DNA of 64,000 nucleotides from an uncultured Planctomycetia bacterium (GTDB lineage Bacteria; Omnitrophota; Gorgyraeia; Pluralincolimonadales; Pluralincolimonadaceae): NCBI GenBank assembly GCA_964650515.1, contig CAZYUB010000004.1, positions 69,541 to 133,540 of the forward strand, read 5' to 3'. Shown piece by piece: positions 56,485 to 64,000 of this stretch (position 1 is its first letter; each line of letters starts with the position of its first letter). The notes under the pieces were generated by a model. It saw only the letters and a program-made list of their open reading frames with translations, ran no database searches and was not told where the DNA came from. The position numbers and the translations under genes were made by a program.

Positions 56485-57453
56485 ATGGTCCAATGCGAAC
56501 TGTGCCCGCGCGGATGCGTGCTCGATGAGGGGCAGAAGGGCAACTGCAGGGCCAGGACGAATAAAGACGGCAAGATAATAACACTCGTGTACGGCAAACC
56601 CTGCGCCGTGCATGTCGATCCCATCGAAAAAAAGCCACTCTACCATTTCCTCCCGGCATCAAAGGCGTTCTCCATAGGCACCGCGGGGTGCAACCTGCAC
56701 TGCAAGAACTGCCAGAACTGGGAAATATCGCAGTCGGAGCCCGAGAAGACGAATAACATCGACCTTCCGCCGCTTGAGGCGGTAAGCAGGGCGGCGGGCA
56801 GCGGCTGCAGGTCGATCGCCTATACTTATAACGACCCGGTCGTATTCTATGAGTACATGTGCGATATCGCGAGGATCGCGCGCCCGCGCGGCATAAAGAG
56901 CGTGGCAATCACGGCGGCATACATAAATCCGGGCCCCCTCGCCGAGCTATGCTCGACGGTCGACGCGATAAAGGTCGATTTCAAGGGCATAACGGAAGAG
57001 TTCTACAATAAGGTCTGCTTCGGCAGATTACAGCCGGTGCTCGATTCGCTTAAACTCATAAAGAATAGCGGATGCTGGCTCGAGCTGGTAAATCTCATAG
57101 TTCCCACGCTGAATGACGGCGCGGACGACATCTCGCGCTTGATCGACTGGGTCCTCGATAATCTCGGCTCGGATGTTCCGTTGCACTTTTCGAGGTTCTG
57201 GCCGCAATACCAGCTGCGCGAACTCCCGCCGACACCGGAAGGGACGCTCGACTCGGCCTGGCGCACGGCCAAAAACAAAGGGGTTAAGTACGCGTATGTC
57301 GGCAACATCGCGCGGCACGACGGCAACAACACCTATTGCCCGAAATGCGGAAAACTTTTAATAAAACGCGCCGGCTACGACGTTATGGAGAATAATATTA
57401 CTGGCGGCGACTGCAAGTACTGCGGGCAGAAGATCCCCGGCATCTGGGAATAG
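56485..57453 (+). CDS. AmmeMemoRadiSam-system-type radical SAM enzyme (PFL-activase-like)
   Basis: The MVQCELCPRGCVL N-terminal Cys cluster and GCNLHCKNCQNWE radical SAM motif match this family's architecture. Confidence 0.7.
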   Translation: MVQCELCPRGCVLDEGQKGNCRARTNKDGKIITLVYGKPCAVHVDPIEKKPLYHFLPASKAFSIGTAGCNLHCKNCQNWEISQSEPEKTNNIDLPPLEAVSRAAGSGCRSIAYTYNDPVVFYEYMCDIARIARPRGIKSVAITAAYINPGPLAELCSTVDAIKVDFKGITEEFYNKVCFGRLQPVLDSLKLIKNSGCWLELVNLIVPTLNDGADDISRLIDWVLDNLGSDVPLHFSRFWPQYQLRELPPTPEGTLDSAWRTAKNKGVKYAYVGNIARHDGNNTYCPKCGKLLIKRAGYDVMENNITGGDCKYCGQKIPGIWE

Positions 57454-57464
57454 CGGAGGCGGAC

Positions 57465-57626
57465 ATGAAAAGCATTACGAGAAGGGAATTCCTGAAGAGG
57501 AATATCGTGCTGGCGGCCGCGGTATTCGCGGCGGGCGGCTTCCTGAAGGCGCTTTCGGGGGCTTTTGGACGGAAGCCGAACATCTCAAACAAAGAAGCGC
57601 GCTATTATAAGACACTCGCGGGATGA
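57465..57626 (+). CDS. 53-aa small ORF consisting essentially of a twin-arginine (Tat) signal peptide
   Basis: GGAGG RBS 6 nt upstream. MKSITRREFLKRNIVLAAAVFAAGGFLKALSGAFG.... Stop overlaps the ATG of the next gene (ATGA). Absent from the ORF track because it is under 60 aa. Confidence 0.35.
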   Translation: MKSITRREFLKRNIVLAAAVFAAGGFLKALSGAFGRKPNISNKEARYYKTLAG

Positions 57627-58609
57627 CCGGAGGGCAGATGCAGGACCTTGAGGGTATCATAAGGCCGATAAAGGTTGAGCTCGCGGCCGTAAAAAACAAT
57701 TACGCGCACCAGCTCAGGTGGCAGTCCGAACCGATAAAAGGCATCGGCAACTACCTCTCGCGCGCCCACGGGAAGTTCTTCAGGCCGACGCTCGTGCTGC
57801 TTTCCGCGAAGATGGGCGACAGCGCGAAGATGGACAAGGCGGTCTCGCTCGGCGTAGCGATAGAGCTTATCCATGCCGCCAGTTTGGTTCATGACGATGT
57901 CATAGACGACTCGTTCCTGCGCAGGAAGCAGAAGACGATCAACAGCAAGTGGGGCAACGCGATATCGGTCATCGCGGGCGATTACCTTCTCGCGCGGGCA
58001 TTCGATATCGTCTCGAAGATGGACGAGCCGAGGATAATGACCGTCTTCTCGAGGACAGCCGCGCGCATGTGCGAAGGCGAGCTCGCGCAACTGTCGAACG
58101 CCTATAATTTCAATATAACCGAGCACGAATACCTCGACATAATAAAAAGGAAAAGCGCATACCTTATCTCCGACTGCTGCGCCTCCGGCGGTATGCTCGC
58201 GGGCCTAAGCGACGAGAAGGTCAACCGCCTCGCGGCCTACGGACTTTACCTCGGGATGGCGTTCCAGATAGTCGATGATTGCCTTGACCTCATAGGCAAG
58301 GAGAAGAACCTCGGCAAGTCCGTCTGGCAGGACCTCGATGAGGGCAAGCTGACGCTGCCGATAATATTCATCCTGAAGGGGGCGTCGAAGAGGGAGAGGA
58401 TAAGGATAGTCGACCTGATAACTGCGGGGGGCAAGACCGCCTATCGCATACTCAGGGAGAAGGCCTCGGCGACGGGCGCTATCTCGCGTTCGAGGACGAT
58501 AGCTTTCAATTACATCAAGCTCGCGAAGAAGAAATTGACCGAGAGCGACGGCATGCTCAGGAAGACCTTTTACGATATCGCCGATTACGTCCTCGAACGA
58601 AAGAGCTGA
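57623..58609 (+). CDS. Polyprenyl diphosphate synthase (hepta/octaprenyl, IspB/HepT-like)
   Basis: First DDxxD (LVHDDVIDD) and second (IVDDCLD) motifs. Confidence 0.85.
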   Translation: MTGGQMQDLEGIIRPIKVELAAVKNNYAHQLRWQSEPIKGIGNYLSRAHGKFFRPTLVLLSAKMGDSAKMDKAVSLGVAIELIHAASLVHDDVIDDSFLRRKQKTINSKWGNAISVIAGDYLLARAFDIVSKMDEPRIMTVFSRTAARMCEGELAQLSNAYNFNITEHEYLDIIKRKSAYLISDCCASGGMLAGLSDEKVNRLAAYGLYLGMAFQIVDDCLDLIGKEKNLGKSVWQDLDEGKLTLPIIFILKGASKRERIRIVDLITAGGKTAYRILREKASATGAISRSRTIAFNYIKLAKKKLTESDGMLRKTFYDIADYVLERKS

Positions 58610-60741
58610 TAATATAAAAGGCAGGTCGCGGCGAGGTTGATGAACCCGGTAAGCGCGAATACGCGGCTTATACCGATGACGGGTATCAGGATGGCGCTGG
58701 CAAAGAGGGCGCCGAAGCATGCGCCCGCAAGGTCTATGCCGTAGACAAAGCCCGGCGAAGAGCGTTTGGCCGCTATCGGGAACATAAATCCTGTAAGGAC
58801 CCCCGGCACGGCCGCAAGCAGGAAGAAGACGGCCTGCGGAAAGCGCAGCCCGGCCTGAAGTGAAAGCGCCAGGATGAAAGAATAAATATAGAACAGCGAC
58901 TGGGCCCTCCTGTATGCCTTTTCAGCGTCCGTCCTGCCGGCCGTTATCCTTATCGCTCCGGCGCTGCCGATGACGAGCCCCGCCATGAACGCAGCGAATA
59001 TCATCCCTACCTTGTAATATACATACCCGTATACCGCCTGGAAGGCGATTATCAGGCAGACCTGTATCGCCATTCCTGAGAATCCCGCCGCCGCTATCGA
59101 AAGATGGTACGGGAAGTTCCCGTTCTTCGACGCGGCTTGATATATTGCCGCGAATAACGCGAATACGGCGGACGCAACCAGCACAAGCAGGTTCACGTCG
59201 AGCACGTCCAGCATTAAAAGAAGGTGAGAGAACCGCGGATCGGCCCTTGCCGACCATAAGACCGTATCGTAATAATAGCCGGCCGGCCGGAAGTCGCGGT
59301 TGATCTTGACGTTCTTAGCCGCCGCAACGGCTCTTTCAGCATAATTTATCCTTGCCGGGTCCATGATATCGGGAAGGTAGTGCTTGTTAACATAATCGAG
59401 TTCGAGCCCGCGCTCCTCTATCCTGCGCGATAATACCCTGTGGTCGTAAGTGAGCATGCCCGCGGAAGGGGAGGCGAGGAATACCGCTGTATCTCCCGGT
59501 ATCATCTTTATGTCGCCGAACTGCTTCCATAACGTCCTTGCCATGCACGCGAGGAATTGCGCCTGTACCGGGCTGATATAATCGCCTGCCGATGCCACGC
59601 TAAACGAAAAGACGCCGTCCTTCCGCAGTATCTTCACGGCATCCCGGTAGAACTCCAGCGAATAGAACCTGTTTATCTGCGCTGTATAGGGGTTCGGCAG
59701 CGCGAGTATTATGACATCATACGCGGGCCCGCCTTTTTTCGCGAGCTCCGCGACAAAGAGCCGCCCGTCCGTAAGGTGCGCTTTAGCCCTCGGGTCCCCG
59801 CTCTTTTTAAGGAGCTCCGGATCCATCTCGACATAATCTACCGACATGACGGGGTGCTTTAGCACCTCATCTAGCGACCCGCCGGCGGAGCCGCCGATAA
59901 GAAGCACGTTGGCCGGCGACGGATGCTCGAGCATCGCGAACTGGACGGAACCTTCGGCCGTTACGGGGTCGTCGTTCGAGGCGACGAGGAGGCCGTTCTC
60001 GAACACGCTCGACTGCGGCCCGCGCGCGGACCGGACGATGTTGCCGTATACCGTATCCTTCACACTTACGAGGCCGAGCCCGCGCCACTGGAATTGCCTT
60101 AACGCGAAGTCGAGCGGGCCGGCGAACCTTACCATGAATATGAATACGAGGGCAGTGTATACAAGGGATGCCGTCCATCTCGGCGGGGACTTTTTCCTGT
60201 CGGCTATCATGAGCACGGAGGCGGAGGTAAGCAACCCGCAGAAAGCGCAGGCGATGAGCGGTTCCGTGAGGGAGACAAAAAATAAACTGAACGCGAGGCC
60301 GCCTGCGGCAGCTCCGGCCGATTCTACAAGGTATACTTTCCCGCCATCGGCGAACCGGCAGCTGAGCGCGAAGAGGGCGCCGAATACCAGGCAGGCCGGC
60401 GCGAGAATAATGAAAGACGATACTGCCATCGGCAGGACGCCGATTATTTCGCCGGGCGACGTCCCGAGGAGATTGCGTATGTTCCTTATGAAGAAGACCG
60501 TCGCCGGCAGGACAACCGGGACGGACAAGAGCATGATATGGAATAGCTCTTCGGTAAACTTTTTCAGTTTCGAGGACTTCGCGGCGATGCTTCCCGCCGA
60601 TACCCAGAAGAGCCACGCGGCGAGCATTATCCCTGCGGAGAGCTCGTTGCCGTAGAAGACGACGAATAGCTCGCGCATCAGGATGACCTGCGCTGCCATC
60701 GACGCGAACCCGAACGCGAATACCGCGAAATACAGGTTCAT
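58585..60741 (-). CDS. Fused polytopic membrane protein with central spermidine-synthase-like (class I MTase fold) domain
   Basis: About 8 N-terminal TM helices, LLIGGSAGG...VDYVEMDPEL...DVIILALPNP (spermine/spermidine synthase fold), then about 6 C-terminal TM helices. Start at Met 14 (MNLYFAVF), followed by an AT-rich divergent promoter region. Confidence 0.65.
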   Translation of the reverse strand: MNLYFAVFAFGFASMAAQVILMRELFVVFYGNELSAGIMLAAWLFWVSAGSIAAKSSKLKKFTEELFHIMLLSVPVVLPATVFFIRNIRNLLGTSPGEIIGVLPMAVSSFIILAPACLVFGALFALSCRFADGGKVYLVESAGAAAGGLAFSLFFVSLTEPLIACAFCGLLTSASVLMIADRKKSPPRWTASLVYTALVFIFMVRFAGPLDFALRQFQWRGLGLVSVKDTVYGNIVRSARGPQSSVFENGLLVASNDDPVTAEGSVQFAMLEHPSPANVLLIGGSAGGSLDEVLKHPVMSVDYVEMDPELLKKSGDPRAKAHLTDGRLFVAELAKKGGPAYDVIILALPNPYTAQINRFYSLEFYRDAVKILRKDGVFSFSVASAGDYISPVQAQFLACMARTLWKQFGDIKMIPGDTAVFLASPSAGMLTYDHRVLSRRIEERGLELDYVNKHYLPDIMDPARINYAERAVAAAKNVKINRDFRPAGYYYDTVLWSARADPRFSHLLLMLDVLDVNLLVLVASAVFALFAAIYQAASKNGNFPYHLSIAAAGFSGMAIQVCLIIAFQAVYGYVYYKVGMIFAAFMAGLVIGSAGAIRITAGRTDAEKAYRRAQSLFYIYSFILALSLQAGLRFPQAVFFLLAAVPGVLTGFMFPIAAKRSSPGFVYGIDLAGACFGALFASAILIPVIGISRVFALTGFINLAATCLLYYQLFRSRT

Positions 60742-60841
60742 ATGATGAGTATAACAAATATTACTATAAAATAACAACATATTTCATTTGAACTACGCTA
60801 TATTTATGTTAAACTTATATAACTAATCGGGTTACAATAAA

Positions 60842-62383
60842 ATGACTAAGAAAAACACGACGAGAGGGTATCTTTTTGTCTTCACCGCCTTTATATTAAC
60901 TTTTATCATTACATATATAATGGCGGGTATGATAGTCTTTGAAGAAGGGAATATTCTTTTTCCGCTTCTCTGGCTTATGGGCTTTTGTGTCCTTGTATTC
61001 AATGTTTGCCTCGCGTTAACGCAGGCGGTGTTTTATTTCTTCTCGAGCGAAATGATATTGCCGGAAGCGAAGCCGGAAGGTAACCCGATGACCGCGGTGG
61101 TATACCCGGTCAAAGATGAGACATTCGGCCTGTACGAGAGGATTAAGTACACGATAGAAAATAATATCGAGGAGAATGTCCATTATTGGATCCTGAGCGA
61201 CTCGAAAGGCCCCGCCCTTGAATACGAGGAAGATATTACGGGCAGGCTCTGTAAAGATTTCCCTGAAATACCCATAAAATACAGGAACCGTCCCGACCCC
61301 GTTGAAAAAAAGCAGGGGAATATAAGCGACTGGATAAATGACCAGGGTAAATATTATAAATACATGATAGTGTGCGACGCAGACAGCGTGCTGCCATCCG
61401 GGACATGCCGGAAGCTGATAAGCAAAGCAGAACATCCTGATAACGCGAACATTGCCATCTTCCAGGGCGGCATAAGGGTCATACACGCAAAGACATTTTT
61501 CAGCCGTTTCATCGCCCTGGCGACCGAGTCATCGCAAAAGTTCAACGTGACGGTGGTCTGGAGGATATTCGGCAGATCGATGTCGGTAGGCCATGGTAAC
61601 CTTATTAGGATAGAGCCCTTTTCAAAGGTGAAACTCAGGAAAGGCATTATATGCCATGACATATGGGAGACCGCCTACCTGGACCAGATGGGATACCGGG
61701 CTTGTTTCTGCGAGGATGTCATCAGCTACGAAGAGGTGCCGGGCAATTATCTGGAGGCGAGGAGCAGGGACAGCCGTTGGGCGAAGGGAACACTGCAAGC
61801 ATGGCAATTACCCTTCTTGCCGGATATTTCGCTTTCGACTCGCTACCATATAGGTTATTGTATTTATTCATATCTCGCGCATATACTGCTTCTGATATGG
61901 ATGGTCTCGGGGTTTTTCTGCGCTTCTGAAATAGGAGGCCAGCTCCTGAGTTTCCAGAGGTATGCGTTTGTCGGCTACTCGATGATAGACCTGGAATTGT
62001 CTTCTATGATGATAGGATCGCTGCTGATAATGGCATTCCATAAGCTGGTGGCCTGCAGGAGTTTCAGGGACGTCACCAACTTGTTATCGGAGGTCCTGTT
62101 CTCGACGCTCGTCGCTTTAAACAACGTGTTTTACGTGTCGATGGACCTTTTGACTATGCCGTTCAGTAAATTCAACTGGAAACCGATGAAGAAGAACCCG
62201 CTCGACAGTATAACGCTGGCGGAGACCATAAAGACACTGCTTCCAGGGACGGTATTCGGATTGGTATGCGTATATCTCGGGATAAAATATTCCGTGCACT
62301 GGCTTATAATAAGCTCTCCTTTTGTCATCAGTTTTGTGGGAGCGATACCTATAGTTTATTTAACGGCGATGAGGAGCGAATAA
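60842..62383 (+). CDS. GT2-family processive glycosyltransferase, OpgH/MdoH-like (glucan synthase-like)
   Basis: N-terminal TM helices, AVVYPVKDE, DADS and the Q/SRDSRWAKG (QxxRW-like) motif, with C-terminal TM helices. Confidence 0.7.
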   Translation: MTKKNTTRGYLFVFTAFILTFIITYIMAGMIVFEEGNILFPLLWLMGFCVLVFNVCLALTQAVFYFFSSEMILPEAKPEGNPMTAVVYPVKDETFGLYERIKYTIENNIEENVHYWILSDSKGPALEYEEDITGRLCKDFPEIPIKYRNRPDPVEKKQGNISDWINDQGKYYKYMIVCDADSVLPSGTCRKLISKAEHPDNANIAIFQGGIRVIHAKTFFSRFIALATESSQKFNVTVVWRIFGRSMSVGHGNLIRIEPFSKVKLRKGIICHDIWETAYLDQMGYRACFCEDVISYEEVPGNYLEARSRDSRWAKGTLQAWQLPFLPDISLSTRYHIGYCIYSYLAHILLLIWMVSGFFCASEIGGQLLSFQRYAFVGYSMIDLELSSMMIGSLLIMAFHKLVACRSFRDVTNLLSEVLFSTLVALNNVFYVSMDLLTMPFSKFNWKPMKKNPLDSITLAETIKTLLPGTVFGLVCVYLGIKYSVHWLIISSPFVISFVGAIPIVYLTAMRSE

Positions 62384-62384
62384 A

Positions 62385-63341
62385 ATGAGCGAAAAGCCCG
62401 ATCTCTTTAAATCAACCGAACACGAGAAGATAAGGCTCGCCAGGGAGCACAACAGGAAGCTGCTGATATTTGCGGTTATCGTAACGATATGCGGCTTCAT
62501 ACCGTTCGGCAGGAATATAAACGGCATTGCAAGAGTAGTGCCGGAAAGATACTGCTATATAGACGCTTTCCAGTCGGGGATAATCTCGAAGATATTTGCG
62601 AATGAAGGGAGCACGGTAAAAGAAGGCGACGATCTGATCGAGATAAAGAACCTCGAACTGATGTCCGAGCTCGACACTTCCTACAGGAAAGAAGTGATAT
62701 TGAACGAGGAGACAAAAAAACTGGAAGAAGAGATTGCCTGGCATCGGAAAGCGCTGGACAGGAACCTGAACCTTTATAATGACGAGGTCATAGCTCCCGC
62801 GGAGATGGAGCTTACGCGGCTTAAATATAATAATGCCCGGCATGAATTGGAGATAAACAAACAAGAGGCCGATATACTGCTGAAGAGAAGGGAGTATCTG
62901 CTTAAATCCATCGAGATGACCCGGGTAAAAAGCCCGATGAGCGGTGTAGTCGTGGGGAAACTCAAGGACAAATCCGCGGCGGTGGTAGAAAAGGGCGAGG
63001 AGATATGCCAGATAGTCGATAATTCTAAATTCCTGCTTGAATTCCCGATAGAAGAGAAGAAGATACAATACGCGAAGATCGGGCTGCCTGCTGCAATAAG
63101 GTTTTACGCTTTTCCCGAAAGAATATACAAGGGTGAGCTGAAAGAGATAAGGCCTATATTCTGGGAAAAAGAAGATAAACTGATAGTTAAGGAAAATGTC
63201 ATAAATGTGCTTATCGATTTCAAGGGAGAGGTGCCGAAAGGCCTGAGGACGGGCATGAGCGCGTTCGTGAATATTAATACCGGGAAGACGTGCTTCTGGA
63301 AGATGCTTAAGGATAAGATCGTCTATATGCTTTCGAGCTGA
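62385..63341 (+). CDS. HlyD-family membrane fusion protein
   Basis: Single N-terminal TM helix, biotin-lipoyl-like hairpin (GSTVKEGDDLIEI), a long coiled coil, and beta-barrel (VKSPMSGVVVG). Confidence 0.75.
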   Translation: MSEKPDLFKSTEHEKIRLAREHNRKLLIFAVIVTICGFIPFGRNINGIARVVPERYCYIDAFQSGIISKIFANEGSTVKEGDDLIEIKNLELMSELDTSYRKEVILNEETKKLEEEIAWHRKALDRNLNLYNDEVIAPAEMELTRLKYNNARHELEINKQEADILLKRREYLLKSIEMTRVKSPMSGVVVGKLKDKSAAVVEKGEEICQIVDNSKFLLEFPIEEKKIQYAKIGLPAAIRFYAFPERIYKGELKEIRPIFWEKEDKLIVKENVINVLIDFKGEVPKGLRTGMSAFVNINTGKTCFWKMLKDKIVYMLSS

Positions 63342-63342
63342 C

Positions 63343-64000
63343 ATGAAAATACTTCGTAATACAGACATATTGATTGCCGTGTTTCTGCCGTTTTTCGCGG
63401 TATTTATTGCCGCGGCTGACGCTAATGCCGAGAAATTGTCGCTGAGCCAGGCGGTCGACATCGCCGTGAAGAACAGCCCCGACATAGATATAGCGAACCT
63501 GGAAAAGCAGAGATCGGATTACAGGTTCAAGTCAAAGGCAGCGGACATGTATCCGCGTATAAGCAACTTCACCCGGTATTCGAGCGACGAATATGCAAGC
63601 GACTCGGCAAACAAGGGATGGCTTGTAAGCGAGCAGTTTGTCCAGCCTATATGGAAAGGCGGGAGACTGTATTATACGAAGGAATTTTACAGGAACCTGA
63701 AGGACATCGCCTCCGTGAGGGCGGCAATAAAGGAGCTCGATATAGTATTTGAGGTAAAGAAGGCGTATTTTGAAGCGATGAAATATTCCGAACTCCTTAA
63801 GGTCAGCGAAGAGATAGAAAAAGTCGTAAGTAGCCATTACGAGAATGTGGACAAGATGTACAGCCAGGGGCTTGTCCCGAAAGTAGACGTGCTTAAGACG
63901 AAATCTATACTCGACAAAGCCCAGCTGGAGCACGTGCAGATACTTAACGAGTATTTCCTTTCAAAGAACCGCCTTAACCACGTCCTGAATGTCCCGCTCG
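63343..64000 (+). CDS. TolC-family outer-membrane channel (3' partial, continues beyond window)
   Basis: Signal peptide, then LSLSQAVDIAVKNSPDIDIA...KAQLEHVQILNEYFLSKNRLNHVLNVPL, typical OEP repeat 1. Confidence 0.7.
   Translation, partial: MKILRNTDILIAVFLPFFAVFIAAADANAEKLSLSQAVDIAVKNSPDIDIANLEKQRSDYRFKSKAADMYPRISNFTRYSSDEYASDSANKGWLVSEQFVQPIWKGGRLYYTKEFYRNLKDIASVRAAIKELDIVFEVKKAYFEAMKYSELLKVSEEIEKVVSSHYENVDKMYSQGLVPKVDVLKTKSILDKAQLEHVQILNEYFLSKNRLNHVLNVPL

Noticed and set aside
1-64000. CRISPR arrays, rRNA and tRNA genes.
   Set aside because: I saw no short regularly spaced direct repeats and no tRNA-like or rRNA-like segments. All intergenic gaps are under 250 nt and are accounted for by promoters and terminators.

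Overview
This is a gene-dense bacterial chromosomal window of about 58% GC, almost entirely plus-strand operons with frequent ATGA stop/start overlaps. I found no rRNA, tRNA or CRISPR arrays.

Read 5' to 3', the window contains:
- A partial radical SAM/SPASM gene, then pyruvate kinase, an FmdB zinc ribbon and a Zn-dependent alcohol dehydrogenase.
- A LemA protein paired with an unusual M48 peptidase, and a DhnA-type class I aldolase.
- A PAS-GGDEF(degenerate)-HD-GYP c-di-GMP protein translationally coupled to an array of paralogous secreted beta-sandwich (CBM-like) proteins. Two of these are a recent identical tandem duplication of a PEP-CTERM (exosortase-target) gene.
- A double-discoidin glycoside hydrolase coupled to a LacI regulator.
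- A hopanoid locus: DUF116, shc, hpnH, then hpnA-like, ispH, hpnG-like and an rpe-like epimerase. Embedded in it is a six-gene cassette: split TPP decarboxylase, class V aminotransferase, cytidylyltransferase, CDP-alcohol phosphatidyltransferase and a flippase-like membrane protein. It looks like a polar head-group activation and transfer module and is my top candidate for an undescribed system.
- mgtE, then queF, a PduO-type adenosyltransferase, menG and menA.
- Two large multi-domain glycoside hydrolases (DUF3131/GH144-like and GH116-like).
- An MFS transporter, rlmI, a small low-GC IS200/RAYT-type HUH transposase flanked by about 35-bp inverted repeats, a BFN nuclease and a glycogen debranching enzyme.
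- A sensor kinase with a stand-alone receiver.
- ADP-forming acetyl-CoA synthetase followed by the glycine cleavage genes (gcvT, gcvH, gcvPA, gcvPB), a lipoate ligase and a ferredoxin.
- LeuCD-like hydro-lyase subunits, malate dehydrogenase and a Re-citrate/homocitrate-synthase-family enzyme.
- An AmmeMemoRadiSam-type radical SAM enzyme, a 53-aa Tat-signal-only small ORF and a polyprenyl synthase.
- A fused transmembrane spermidine-synthase-like protein divergent from a GT2 (OpgH-like) glycosyltransferase, an HlyD-family membrane fusion protein and a partial TolC gene. This trio is a candidate synthase-dependent polysaccharide export apparatus.

All calls come from reading the translated ORFs and the DNA directly. 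No database searches were run.
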